Below, piece by piece: positions 21,239 through 31,769 of a DNA stretch of 64,000 bases (positions within the stretch are counted from its first letter, which is position 1; each line of letters opens with the position of its first letter). Made by a program: the position numbers and the translations under genes. Location: positions 8,512,001 to 8,576,000 of the forward strand of contig OY762007.1 of the NCBI GenBank assembly GCA_963665115.1, written 5' to 3'. The notes under the pieces were generated by a model that saw nothing but the letters and a program-made list of their open reading frames with translations, was not told where the DNA came from and made no database searches. Source of the stretch: an uncultured Rivularia sp. GTDB taxonomy: Bacteria > Cyanobacteriota > Cyanobacteriia > Cyanobacteriales > Nostocaceae.

Positions 21239-21364
21239 TCAGTTAACAGTTAACAGTGAGTTAATTACGGATTTAACGTTTTTTAATCTCAAATTTTAAA
21301 TATCAAATTTAACGTGGGGTGGGTATTAATGTTGCTCGCTCTATTTTTTTTGATCTTATTCTTA

Positions 21365-21500
21365 AAAAAAATCGGTAGGACTTTAAGAAGTCTTACCGAT
21401 AAAATACAATATAAAGAGAAGGATTTAATTTTAAAAAGAAAGGGATTAAAATAATTTAGTTTTCTGTTTCGTATAATTTATCTTTTTCTTTGGTTTGCTA
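21365..21500 (-). ncRNA. Candidate small RNA, copy 1
   Basis: Non-coding, ends in hairpin TCGGTAAGACT..AGTCCTACCGA plus T run on minus strand; duplicated at 21926-22080. Confidence 0.45.
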
Positions 21501-21792
21501 TATATCAGTGATAACCGATAATTCACTGTCAGTGCAAGGGGTAAATGGATATCTCATTAAAGCTTTAATTAGTAAGACCTTGATTACCGATCCGTAGTTT
21601 AAAATAATACTTTGAATTAAGCTATTTACATATTAGCTGTGACTATTTAATTAGCATATTCAGTATTTACACTACTTATATTATTATTTTGATTAAGATT
21701 TCAAAAAGAGTATTTATAAAACTAACGTTTTAACTTCAATTGCTTTATTAATTTACCTACTATTCCTTTTCTAGCCGTTCTGATAAGTGATA

Positions 21793-21853
21793 AGGTTCGT
21801 AGTCGGCGCTGCCTTGACTCGGACTTGGGACTAAAGTCCTTACTACAAACCCG
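21793..21853. repeat. SDR palindrome family (GTAGTAAGGACTTTAGTCC-type); related copies at ~9642-9695 and ~26338-26390
   Basis: ggttcgtagt...gactaaagtccttactacaaacc; reverse-complement match at 26339. Confidence 0.7.
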
Positions 21854-21925
21854 TTATGATAAATGAGAAATATTACTACACCATTGTCTGTCTTGAAACA
21901 TCTTTTGAGATATGCATTATTCTTC

Positions 21926-22080
21926 CAAAAAAAAATCGGTAAGACTTTGTAAAGTCCTACCGAGTTAAGAAAAGTGCAATATTAAGAGAAGGTTTTTTCT
22001 TTTAAGGGAAAAGAAATTTAAGAAATTAATTTAATTTATATTTATTGTTTCGTATAGTTTGTATTATGTGTTTCTTTCTA
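21926..22080 (-). ncRNA. Candidate small RNA, copy 2
   Basis: Paralogue of 21365-21500 with terminator TCGGTAGGACTTT..AAAGTCTTACCGA-T run. Confidence 0.45.
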
Positions 22081-22402
22081 TATATCAGTGATAACCGATA
22101 ATTCACTGTCAGTGCAAGGGATAAATGGATGTCTCATGGAAGCTTTAATTAATAAGACCTTGATTACCGATCTACAGTTACAAATAATACTTCAAACTTA
22201 GGCTTTTCACTTGTATATTGTGACTTTCTAACTGACAAATTAAATGTTTGCACTGATTATCTGAGTATTTAGATTAAAGTTTTACAAAGAATGCTCGTAT
22301 ATTCCTCAAAAAATCCCTCCGACTCTTATGTTTGAGGGTTTGTTCATATAGCCACACCCTTCGAGGGTGTTGAACAAAATGTTTATTTAAAAGCTAAAAC
22401 TC

Positions 22403-22945
22403 CTAACTCCTATTCCCCCGATACCAGTCATACCAAAGTTTACCGCTGTAAATTGCGAACCATAGTAATACTAAAGCAATTAAACCTCCGGGTGTTGGAG
22501 CGCCGAAAGCAAGTAGCATTAATGCAATGCATAAAGCATCTTGAATGAAGACAAACCATAACGGTAAGCCCTGCAAGCGAAAAAACCAACCGAGTTGAAC
22601 TAGCTGGAGTACTAAAGCGAATAAACCTCCAGTGATACCAATCAACCAAGCTGGGGATTCGGTTGCTGAAACTACAGCTAAACCCATAATTGCGCCCATC
22701 ACGGGGGAAAACAATATTTCGACTATTTGTAATATTCGTTGTCCCATGAGCTTTTTTGAAGCAGTAAGCTCAATTACCGACAAACTTGTGAGTAAACCCA
22801 GTAAAAATGGTGAGGAAATATTAGATAAAATTGGCACTTCCGACCAAAGTTCTTGACCTTGTAAAAGTCCAAAAAACAATACCGGCAGGGCTATTCGTAT
22901 CCCAACCGCCGCAGAAGCCGACAGTACAGCTAAGAGTTCTATCAT
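22403..22945 (-). CDS. DUF4126-like membrane protein
   Basis: LSASAAVGIRIALP start, multiple TM helices. Confidence 0.7.
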   Translation of the reverse strand: MIELLAVLSASAAVGIRIALPVLFFGLLQGQELWSEVPILSNISSPFLLGLLTSLSVIELTASKKLMGQRILQIVEILFSPVMGAIMGLAVVSATESPAWLIGITGGLFALVLQLVQLGWFFRLQGLPLWFVFIQDALCIALMLLAFGAPTPGGLIALVLLWFAIYSGKLWYDWYRGNRS

Positions 22946-23029
22946 ACACGCACCCAGAACAATGAATTACATAAAAAGTAATTATTAAGACATTCAGTTG
23001 CGTATTTAGTTTAACCGGAAGAAAAGAAA

Positions 23030-23240
23030 GATGGGGAGATGGGGGAGACAAGGGGACATTATTAAAGTAGTGAGTAGTGAGTAATGAGTAATAAGTAGCA
23101 AGTCGCGAGTAACAAATAGACGGGCAGAAGTACCGACATTTATGACAATAATAAAAAAGTGATTTACTTGCTACTCTCTACTCCCTACTCCCTACTCCCT
23201 ACTCAATACTCCTAACTATTCCCAATGCCCCATGCCCAAT
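23030..23240. repeat. Left arm of long inverted repeat flanking purB
   Basis: Reverse-complement match to 24590-24990 including ~70 bp non-repetitive core. Confidence 0.9.
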
Positions 23241-23247
23241 CCCCAAT

Positions 23248-24543
23248 TTATATTCCTAACCGTTGATAAACTACATCTAGATGCTGTAAATGGTGTTTGG
23301 CATCAAAACAGGCTTCGATTTCTGGGGATGATAGTTTTTCTTGAACCCGAGTGTCTTTGGCTATTAAGTCATGAAAATTGCCGTCTTTTTTATTCCATGC
23401 TGTATGAGCGCTTTCTTGAACTATTTTGTAAGCTTCTTCGCGGTTCATTCCTTTTTCAATTAAGGTTAATAGCACTCTTTGACTGAATACTACGCCACCA
23501 TAACAGTTCATGTTTTGCTCCATGTTTTCGGGATATACCAACAAATTCTTAACTAAGTTGGTTGCTTCCCTTAGCATAAAATGGGTCAAAATACAAGAAT
23601 CGGGGAGAATTACTCTTTCTACGGAACTGTGAGAAATGTCTCGTTCGTGCCACAATGCGACGTTTTCCAAGGCTGCAACGGCGTTTCCACGCACGATTCG
23701 CGCCATTCCGGTTAGTCTTTCGGAACGAATGGGATTGCGTTTATGGGGCATTGCGGAGGAACCTTTTTGTCCTTTAGAGAAAAATTCTTCTACTTCGAGG
23801 ACATCTGTTCTTTGTAAGTTACGAATTTCTACAGCGAAACGTTCTAGGGATGCGGTTGTTAAAGCCAGCTGTTGGAGGAAATCAGCATGGCGATCGCGCG
23901 AAATAACTTGGGTGGATGCGGTGTCTGGTTGAAGTCCGAGTTTTTCACAAGTGAGTGCTTCTACACGGGGTTCGATATGAGCGTAGGTTCCCACAGCGCC
24001 GGAGATTTGACCGACTGCGATGGTTTTGCGTAGGGTATGCAAGCGCTCTTGGTTGCGTAAAACTTCGGCTAACCATCCAGCTAATTTAAAACCAAAGGTG
24101 ATGGGTTCTGCATGGATTCCGTGGGAGCGTCCAATCATTACAGTGTAGCGATGTTCCCTAGCTCTTTCGCGAATGGCTGCAATTAATTCTTCCTGTTTTT
24201 GGATAATTAAATCTAAGCTAGCGAGCATTTGTAGCGATAAAGCAGTATCCAGCACGTCTGAGCTTGTCATTCCCAAATGAATGTAGCGTCCAGCGTCACC
24301 TACATATTCGTTGACGTTGGTCAGGAAAGCAATGACATCGTGACGGACTTCGGCTTCAATTTCCAGCACTCGCTTAACATCAAAATTCGCCTTTGCTTTA
24401 ATTTCCCTTACTGCTTCGACAGGGATATAACCTAAATCAGCTTGTGCTTCACAAACTGCAATTTCCACTTGCAGCCAGGTTTGAAATCTGTAAGAATCAG
24501 TCCAGATATTGCCCATTTCGGGCAGAGTATAGCGTTCAATCAA
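23248..24543 (-). CDS. purB: Adenylosuccinate lyase
   Basis: TTG start (MIERYT), GRSHGIHAEP, GSSAMPHKRNP. Confidence 0.98.
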   Translation of the reverse strand: MIERYTLPEMGNIWTDSYRFQTWLQVEIAVCEAQADLGYIPVEAVREIKAKANFDVKRVLEIEAEVRHDVIAFLTNVNEYVGDAGRYIHLGMTSSDVLDTALSLQMLASLDLIIQKQEELIAAIRERAREHRYTVMIGRSHGIHAEPITFGFKLAGWLAEVLRNQERLHTLRKTIAVGQISGAVGTYAHIEPRVEALTCEKLGLQPDTASTQVISRDRHADFLQQLALTTASLERFAVEIRNLQRTDVLEVEEFFSKGQKGSSAMPHKRNPIRSERLTGMARIVRGNAVAALENVALWHERDISHSSVERVILPDSCILTHFMLREATNLVKNLLVYPENMEQNMNCYGGVVFSQRVLLTLIEKGMNREEAYKIVQESAHTAWNKKDGNFHDLIAKDTRVQEKLSSPEIEACFDAKHHLQHLDVVYQRLGI

Positions 24544-24589
24544 GGTTCGCGCCACCGAATACAACTAATTCATTGTACAAGTAGGGGGT

Positions 24590-24990
24590 GGTAATTGGGA
24601 ATTGGGAATTAGGAGTAGGGAGTAGGGAGTAGAGAGTAACAAGTAGGGAGTAGGGAGTAGAGAGTAGCAAGTAAATCACTTTTTTATTATTGTCATAAAT
24701 GTCGGTACTTCTGCCCGTCTATTTTTACTCGCGACTTGTTACTCATTACTCATGACTTATTACTCATTACTTATTACTCATGACTCATTACTTATTACTT
24801 ATTACTCACTACTCACTACTCACTACTTGTTACTCATGACTTATTACTCATTACTCACTACTCACTACTTTAATAATGTCCCCTTGTCTATTACTCACTA
24901 CTCACTACTCACTACTTGTTACTCATGACTTATTACTCACTACTCACTACTTTAATAATGTCCCCTTGTCTCCCCCTCTCCCACCTCTCC
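24590..24990. repeat. Right arm of long inverted repeat flanking purB, with expanded TTACTCA/CTACTCA STRR runs
   Basis: caagtaaatcacttttttattattgtcataaatgtcggtacttctgcccgtctattt and tttaataatgtccccttgtct (twice). Confidence 0.9.
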
Positions 24991-24991
24991 T

Positions 24992-26257
24992 TCAAAAAAC
25001 CGCTCCCCGTCGAATCAAATCATCTTTTATCTGCTGGGAAATTCCTGGATTATTACCAAATCGGGTATTTTCAACGTTGGCACCTTTAAAATTAGCTGCA
25101 TCAAGGAAAGCATTATTAAGATTGGCACCTCTAAGATCGGCACTAATTAAATAAGCTGCATCGAGATGAGCATTTTTGAGGTTAGCACGTCTGAGGTCGG
25201 CTCGAATTAAGTTTGCACCACTCAAATAGCTTTTTATTAAGTTCGTACCTCTGAGCTTAGCATCGCTGAAATTTGCTCGAATTAAGTTAGCATTATTAAG
25301 GATGGCATCGCATAAATTTGCATTGCTAACATTAGCATTACTGAGGTCGCTATTAATTAAATTGGCACATATCAAATCAGCTTTTGTTAAATCGGCATAG
25401 CTTAGGTCTGCATTTGTAAGGTTAGCATTACTGAGATTCGCACTACTAAAGTCGGCTCCTTCTAAATTGGTATCGCTGAGGTTAACACCTTTAAGATTCG
25501 CACCCCTGAAGTTAATGCCTTCAAGATTGGCATTTTCAAAATTAGCATCGCACAGAATAGCACTGCTCAAATCGGCATCAACAAGATAGGTAAAGGTAAA
25601 TTCAGCACCTGTCAGCTTTTTTTTTTCAACTTGCTGATTGACAATCTGCCAAACTAAAAGCCACTTATCATCAAGCTTTGTTTTGGCATCAATTGTTGTG
25701 TTGGTCAAATTAACATACAAAAGATTGGCACCTTCAAGATTGGTACCTTCAAGATTTGCACCATCGAGATCGGAACTGCTAAGATCGGCACCTGCAAGAT
25801 TGGCTCTTTTAAAGTCAATATTGGTAAAGTCTTTTCCAAAAGCCCCATTTTCCAGAATATCTCGGACTAAACAAGATTTTTCATCATCCTTCGTGCCATC
25901 GCTCAAAAAATAAACATATTCAATGGGAATCCCTAAGACTTCAAGTAATTTCCCTTCTGCAAACAACTCTTGAAGCTTCTCAAGGGATAAAGTCGAACCA
26001 TTTAATTTAATGCTTCCTGCTTCTATATCGGTAACTGTTAAGTGTGTATCACCCGAAATTTTTCGCAGATGGGTTTCAATTATTCTCAACCTTACGGGAT
26101 TAATTTCATGTACGCTACCAGCAAGCACAAATACTAACTGCTCTTGCACTGCATTTTTTAAACTATCGGCTTGAATATAATAACTTTCGATGGGTTCGCA
26201 ATCATTACCACCATTCGGTTCAAAGTCGTTTTGCTCGGGTAAATTGCTATCCATCAT
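24992..26257 (-). CDS. Pentapeptide repeat protein with distinct N-terminal domain
   Basis: Extensive A(N/D)Lxx repeats. Confidence 0.93.
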   Translation of the reverse strand: MMDSNLPEQNDFEPNGGNDCEPIESYYIQADSLKNAVQEQLVFVLAGSVHEINPVRLRIIETHLRKISGDTHLTVTDIEAGSIKLNGSTLSLEKLQELFAEGKLLEVLGIPIEYVYFLSDGTKDDEKSCLVRDILENGAFGKDFTNIDFKRANLAGADLSSSDLDGANLEGTNLEGANLLYVNLTNTTIDAKTKLDDKWLLVWQIVNQQVEKKKLTGAEFTFTYLVDADLSSAILCDANFENANLEGINFRGANLKGVNLSDTNLEGADFSSANLSNANLTNADLSYADLTKADLICANLINSDLSNANVSNANLCDAILNNANLIRANFSDAKLRGTNLIKSYLSGANLIRADLRRANLKNAHLDAAYLISADLRGANLNNAFLDAANFKGANVENTRFGNNPGISQQIKDDLIRRGAVF

Positions 26258-26936
26258 CTTGATTTTAGATTTTAGATTTTAGATTTTAGATTTTATGGTT
26301 TAAGTTGGAATTGCTTGAAATCAAAATTAAATATTATTGGTTTGTAGTAAGGACTTTAGTCCTAAGTCAGAGCGCTTACTACGAACCTATCCAAATTTAT
26401 AATTCGTTCTATCTATATATATAACAGTAGAGTTTTATTCTACTTTAGTTCCTATGCTTTTAGCAGCGAACAGTTATGAAGAACAAGATACAGCATATTT
26501 AGTTTTGGTGAAGTACATTCTGACGGGCAGGGATGCCCCGCAGTCGCTACAACGGAGGGAACCTCCGCAACGCGCTGCTCTCCATCCCACAAGACTTTCG
26601 GAATATAGCTTTGTACCTCATTTAGCTGCAAAGGGCTGTATTTAGTTGAATTACTTCTCCCCCATCTCCCCCTCTCCCCCCCTCTCCCCCCTCTTCCCCC
26701 TCTTCCCCCTCTTCCCCCTCTTCCCCATCTAATCCAACAGGAGTGAAAGAAATATATGTGCTGCAAAAGTGTCTCTAGTGTTTGGGACATCTTTTTTAAT
26801 TAGCTCGTCATCAAAATGCATAAACTCCTGCAAGCCACCTCTATCAAATAACAGAGCGGTTGAAACAAACACAAACTTCACCGCATACATCGAAAGTTTT
26901 TGATCGCATTAATACACATTACCGAGGAATCTTGTC

Positions 26937-28445
26937 ATGGACACCAAATTTATGCTGCAAATGAGCGAATTAGCTAACACCAATACTTCAAAGCATATCA
27001 CCGTCTTGGGTGCAGGAGTTGCTGGTTTAGTTGCTGCTTACGAATTAGAAAAAATGGGTCACACGGTTGATATCATGGAAGCTTCTAACCGTATCGGTGG
27101 AAGAATTTGGACTCATCGCTTCGGAGAAGAAAAAGACGCTCCTTACGCTGAGTTGGGTGCAATGAGAATTCCCGGCGACCACCAACATACTCTACACTAT
27201 GTTAAAGAAATGGGATTGAGCGATCGCCTTTGCAAGTTTGTCACGGTATTTGAAGAACAAAACGCTTTCATCAACGTTGAAGGTAAAATCTTTAAGATGA
27301 AAGATGCTCCGAGAATTTTCCAACAACGTTATCAAGGAATCTTCACTGACGAACGTTACAGCGAACAAACTAGATTATTTGCAGCTTGGTTAAAAACCAT
27401 CGTTGATACCATTTCCCCAGGTAACTTAAGAGAAAGCTTGGATAACGATTTAAAATCGCATTTGATGGATGAGTTGGAAAGATTGGATTTAGAACCTTAT
27501 TTCTTAGAAAACGGCGAAAAGATTGATTTACAAGGTTTTGTAAAAGATAATCCTAGTTTCCGCGCTCGTTGTAGTAAAGCTTTAGATATGTTCCTTGGTG
27601 ACATCGTAGTTGAAACCAGCCAGGATTTATTACAAATCAAAGGTGGTACTCAACTTCTAATCGATCGTTTAGTTAAATCGGTAAAAGCTGAAATTAACTG
27701 CAATCGTCCAGTTGTGGGAATCAAAGTTAAAAACGGCTATACTCAAATCGATTATTTACAAGATGGTGAGCGTAAAACTCGTAAATGCGATTATGTTTTG
27801 TGTACAATTCCCTTCACCGTAATGAGAAAAATGGAATTAGAGGGATTTGACGACAGAAAATTGGCTTCGATTAAAAATACAGTTTATTGTCCAGCGACAA
27901 AAGTTGCTTTCCACACCAAAGAAAACTTCTGGGAAAAGCAAGGAATAAAAGGTGGTGCATCTTTTAGCGGTGCTGGTGTTCGTCAAAGTTACTATCCTTC
28001 GGTTAAATTCAATCCAGAACTTGGTAGTGTAATGTTAGCTTCTTACACAATTGGTGATGATGCCGATCGCTTGGGTAATATGTCAGAGGAAGAACGTCAC
28101 GGTTATGTTAAAGATGTTGTTTCCAACGTACATCCGGAATTACAACAGCCAGGAATAATTCAAGACGTTGCTTCAATTGCTTGGGGTAATTACGAATGGA
28201 GTGCTGGTGGTTGTACAATACATTGGGATGATTCCAATCACACTGCTAATTATTTAGAAGCTGCTAGACCTCAAAATAACTTGTTCTTCGCTGGCGAACA
28301 TTGTTCTAAATATCCCGCTTGGATACAAGGTTCGATTGAATCTACTTTGGAAGCTGTTTACGATATTGTTTCTCACGAAGCTTCTATTCCTGTTTCAACT
28401 TACTCTTCTACAAAGGTTGTAAAAAAAGAACTTGTTACCGTGTAA
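26937..28445 (+). CDS. Flavin monoamine oxidase / L-amino-acid oxidase family
   Basis: GAGVAG, EASNRIGGR, ELGAMRIP, FFAGEH..WIQGSIES. Confidence 0.9.
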   Translation: MDTKFMLQMSELANTNTSKHITVLGAGVAGLVAAYELEKMGHTVDIMEASNRIGGRIWTHRFGEEKDAPYAELGAMRIPGDHQHTLHYVKEMGLSDRLCKFVTVFEEQNAFINVEGKIFKMKDAPRIFQQRYQGIFTDERYSEQTRLFAAWLKTIVDTISPGNLRESLDNDLKSHLMDELERLDLEPYFLENGEKIDLQGFVKDNPSFRARCSKALDMFLGDIVVETSQDLLQIKGGTQLLIDRLVKSVKAEINCNRPVVGIKVKNGYTQIDYLQDGERKTRKCDYVLCTIPFTVMRKMELEGFDDRKLASIKNTVYCPATKVAFHTKENFWEKQGIKGGASFSGAGVRQSYYPSVKFNPELGSVMLASYTIGDDADRLGNMSEEERHGYVKDVVSNVHPELQQPGIIQDVASIAWGNYEWSAGGCTIHWDDSNHTANYLEAARPQNNLFFAGEHCSKYPAWIQGSIESTLEAVYDIVSHEASIPVSTYSSTKVVKKELVTV

Positions 28446-28549
28446 GTCAATTATCAATTATCAATTATCAATTATCAATTATCAATTATCAGTTATCAGT
28501 TATGAAGAACTAAATATTTATTTGAATTGAATTAATTTAATGTGTATTT

Positions 28550-28587
28550 AAAAGGTGTCTCCGGTGTTCGGGACATCTTTTTTTTTA
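28550..28587 (+). terminator. Intrinsic terminator after the amine oxidase gene
   Basis: aaaggtgtctccggtgttcgggacatcttt followed by a T run. Confidence 0.6.
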
Positions 28588-28712
28588 TAATTATGGTGGT
28601 AAACACAAATTTCAATGCTTTAATCTATCAAATTATCTGACAAAAATAATTATACGGGGTGGAGGTAGTGCGAGCATCTTGCTCGCTAGCTACTACGAGG
28701 GAGCGAGACGCT

Positions 28713-28820
28713 CCCACGACATTTTTACTACCATGAATTCCCACGACATTTTTATTACCATGAATTCCCACGACATTTTTACTACCATGAATTCCCACGA
28801 CATTTTTATTACCATGAATA
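28713..28820. repeat. 4 x 27-bp tandem repeat (CCCACGACATTTTTAYTACCATGAATT)
   Basis: Four contiguous units alternating C/T, no spacers. Confidence 0.95.
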
Positions 28821-28849
28821 TATAAAGATAAATAAACGGGGAAAACTTG

Positions 28850-30193
28850 ATGTCGAGTCAATTACCAAATTGCATTACCACTCCACATTGGTGGCAATTA
28901 ATGAATTGGATAGCCGATCCAATTGAATTTCAAAACAAATATAGCCAGAAGTATGGAGATATTTTTACCATGCACTTATCTGGACTTGGTTTTTCTGTAA
29001 TTATCAGTAATCCTAAAGCGATTCAAGAACTTTTTAGTCAAGATTCTAAGTTTGATATCGGTAGAGCTAACGAACTTGCCGAACCTTTGATTGGTAAAAA
29101 TTCTTTGATGATGATGGATGGATCTCGCCATCGAAGAGAACGTAAGTTATTAATGCCTGCCTTTCATGGCGAAAAAATCCAAGCTTATGCTAAACAAATT
29201 GTAGATATCACCGAAAATATTGCTGGTAAATGGCAAGTGGGTGAATCTTTTATTGTCCGCTCTACAATGCAGAAAATAAGTTTAGAAATAATTTTACAAG
29301 TTGTCTTTGGCTTGAGTGAAGGGAAACGCTACGAACAACTTAAACCTTTACTTACAGATTGGCTTGATATGACCGATTCCCCTTTACGTTCAAGTATGCT
29401 GTTTCTCAAATTTCTACAAAAGGATTGGGGAAATTGGACACCTTGGGGAAAGATGAGACAAAGACAGCGCCAAGTTTACGATTTACTCCAAGCAGAAATT
29501 GAAGACAAAAGAACAAAAAAAGATAATACAGGTAACGATGTTCTCAGCTTGATGATGGCAGTACAAGATGAAAATGGTCAAGCAATGAGCGATGATGAAT
29601 TAAAAGATGAACTGCTAACAATGTTATTTGCCGGACATGAAACTACTGCCACAACATTGTCATGGGCTTTTTATCAAATTTATCAAAACCCAAATATAAT
29701 CGAAAAATTGCAAATTGAATTAGAAAATTTGGGAGAAAATCCCAACCTATTAGAAATTGCTAAACTTCCTTATTTATCAGCAATCTGTCAAGAAACGCTA
29801 AGGATGTATCCAGTGCTTCCGGTGCTTTTCCCACGCATCGCCTTAGCACCCATCAAAATTGCTGGATACCAATTTGATGCCGAAACAACCTTTATGCCAA
29901 GTGTTTATTTAGTTCATTACCGGGAAGATTTATATCCCGAACCCGAAAAGTTTAAACCAGAACGTTTTCTTGAACGACAATATTCTGCTTCCGAATACTT
30001 TCCCTTTGGTGGTGGAAGTCGGCGATGTTTGGGATATGCTTTAGCTCAATTAGAAATGAAATTAGTTTTAGCAACAGTTATATCTAAATATCAACTTGCT
30101 TGTGCAGAAGATAAACCTGTAAAAATACAGCGTCGCGGTTTTACCCTAGCTCCTACTGGTGGTGTGAACATGGTTATGAAAGGGAAGAGGTAA
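28850..30193 (+). CDS. Cytochrome P450 (CYP110-like)
   Basis: [25 protein letters not shown]. Confidence 0.95.
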   Translation: MSSQLPNCITTPHWWQLMNWIADPIEFQNKYSQKYGDIFTMHLSGLGFSVIISNPKAIQELFSQDSKFDIGRANELAEPLIGKNSLMMMDGSRHRRERKLLMPAFHGEKIQAYAKQIVDITENIAGKWQVGESFIVRSTMQKISLEIILQVVFGLSEGKRYEQLKPLLTDWLDMTDSPLRSSMLFLKFLQKDWGNWTPWGKMRQRQRQVYDLLQAEIEDKRTKKDNTGNDVLSLMMAVQDENGQAMSDDELKDELLTMLFAGHETTATTLSWAFYQIYQNPNIIEKLQIELENLGENPNLLEIAKLPYLSAICQETLRMYPVLPVLFPRIALAPIKIAGYQFDAETTFMPSVYLVHYREDLYPEPEKFKPERFLERQYSASEYFPFGGGSRRCLGYALAQLEMKLVLATVISKYQLACAEDKPVKIQRRGFTLAPTGGVNMVMKGKR

Positions 30194-30225
30194 TTGGTAA
30201 TTGGTAATTGGTAATTGGTAATTCC

Positions 30226-31002
30226 CTATTTACTTTGAACAAAACGATAGCCAACATCATATTTTTTCTGCTTTCGTAAATGTCCATATTCTTTATTCCA
30301 TCTTCCCGTTTGCAAATCTTCTTGCAAGCGCAATACCCCTTGATTAACTTCATCATTATCAATCTTCGCAAATGAAGAAATACCATTACGAATATTTAGA
30401 TCTAAATACAATTCCGGTCTTGCCCAACCAACAGCTGCAAAGGAATCCGATAAATTATGCGGCAACCGAAAAGGAATTACATTGACATCATTCCCAGTTA
30501 CCGAATGAATTTCATTAGTTAACTCCGACATCGATATAAAAGTAGATTCAACATCTTTAATCAGTGAAGGAAAATATTTAGTTAACCAAAAGCTGCTTAT
30601 CATTGCCGGATCGAAAGTAAACACTATTATCCTACCGTTACCAACAACTCTACAAACTTCACGCAATGCTTGCCGATAATCTTGGAAATGGTGAAAAGCA
30701 AGCATAATTATCGCCGCTTCTGCCACTCGATCGGGTAATGGTAAATCTTCCGCATATGCATCAATCCACTCAATAGCTGGATGGGATATCGCTTGATTTC
30801 TCATTGTCGCTGAAGGCTCTATTGCCAGAACTTCATAACCATATTCAGCCAGAAAAAATGCATAAGAACCAGTTCCAGCACCAATATCTACAATTTTTGA
30901 AGCTTGGCAAGATTCCAAAAGCTCTAATAATTTTCTTGCTATACGTGAATCGCTTTTTCGAGTTTGACCGTATGTTTTTCCAATCTTGTCGTAAAGCGTC
31001 AT
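30226..31002 (-). CDS. Class I SAM-dependent methyltransferase
   Basis: VDIGAGTGS; likely start MTLYDKIG. Confidence 0.9.
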   Translation of the reverse strand: MTLYDKIGKTYGQTRKSDSRIARKLLELLESCQASKIVDIGAGTGSYAFFLAEYGYEVLAIEPSATMRNQAISHPAIEWIDAYAEDLPLPDRVAEAAIIMLAFHHFQDYRQALREVCRVVGNGRIIVFTFDPAMISSFWLTKYFPSLIKDVESTFISMSELTNEIHSVTGNDVNVIPFRLPHNLSDSFAAVGWARPELYLDLNIRNGISSFAKIDNDEVNQGVLRLQEDLQTGRWNKEYGHLRKQKKYDVGYRFVQSK

Positions 31003-31769
31003 TCTACAAACCTCAATTCTGGAAAGTGAATGCAGCACCCACTTAGTAACTCTTAAGAATCCCAATTATATCAAAACACCAAAAAGCTGCGATCGCAATA
31101 TCGGGTTTTGTTTATTTTTAAGTTAACTTTTTATCATCTCATAAAAAACAACTACATTTTTCAACTATAAATACAAAATCACCATCTTATAAAAAAAACT
31201 TTCCGATAACTCAAAATTGATTAAACTTCTGTATTCATATTCCGTCACAAAGCCGTTACTTTCCTTTACATAAGCATTATTATTGACACTATTCTCAACT
31301 AGATGACGAGATTACAAGGCTTTGCGCCAAAGTGTGATATTGTTATTTTCAGGGGAGCAGTTTATTCATTTTTATATTAATCAAGTAAATAAGTACTTAA
31401 TAGATAGCAACTAACTTGATGATTGTATTATATAGCATCAAAATCGTATTAAATAGTTCAAAAATACTCTACGTAAAAGCCAAAGTTCACATAAATAGAT
31501 ATAAAGTCTGAGGTGATTTAAAGTACCAAATATAAGGTATTTAAATACTGGTATTGACAATAGTTACGTTTTAATAGCTTTAGATTGTTGAAAATCTTTG
31601 ATGGAACTACTTAACTAGTAATAATTTAGGCAAGGTATTTTAATTTACTAAAGACAAAGCATATTCATTTTATATTTTGGTAGCTGACGACAGGTGCATA
31701 TTTAGGCAGAATAATAAATATATTTTGTACGTATCGGACAAATTTGTTTTGTAAGCGAAGAAACTGATT

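Noticed and set aside
24876..25154. 92-aa plus-strand ORF
   Set aside because: Translation of STRR repeats plus antisense of the pentapeptide gene.
26452..26790. Overlapping ORFs including a GGRGGR peptide
   Set aside because: Derived from CCCCCTCTT repeats and nested SDR elements; not an RGG protein.
28713..28820. Possible CRISPR array
   Set aside because: Units are contiguous with no unique spacers, and no cas genes are present; it is a simple tandem repeat.
28628..28861. 77-aa ORF with IHG.KNVVG repeats (RiPP precursor-like)
   Set aside because: Antisense translation of the 27-bp VNTR and SDRs; no leader peptide or RBS seen, so not supported.
31066..31769. 700-bp AT-rich intergenic region
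   Set aside because: No ORF, repeat or structured RNA recognisable by eye.
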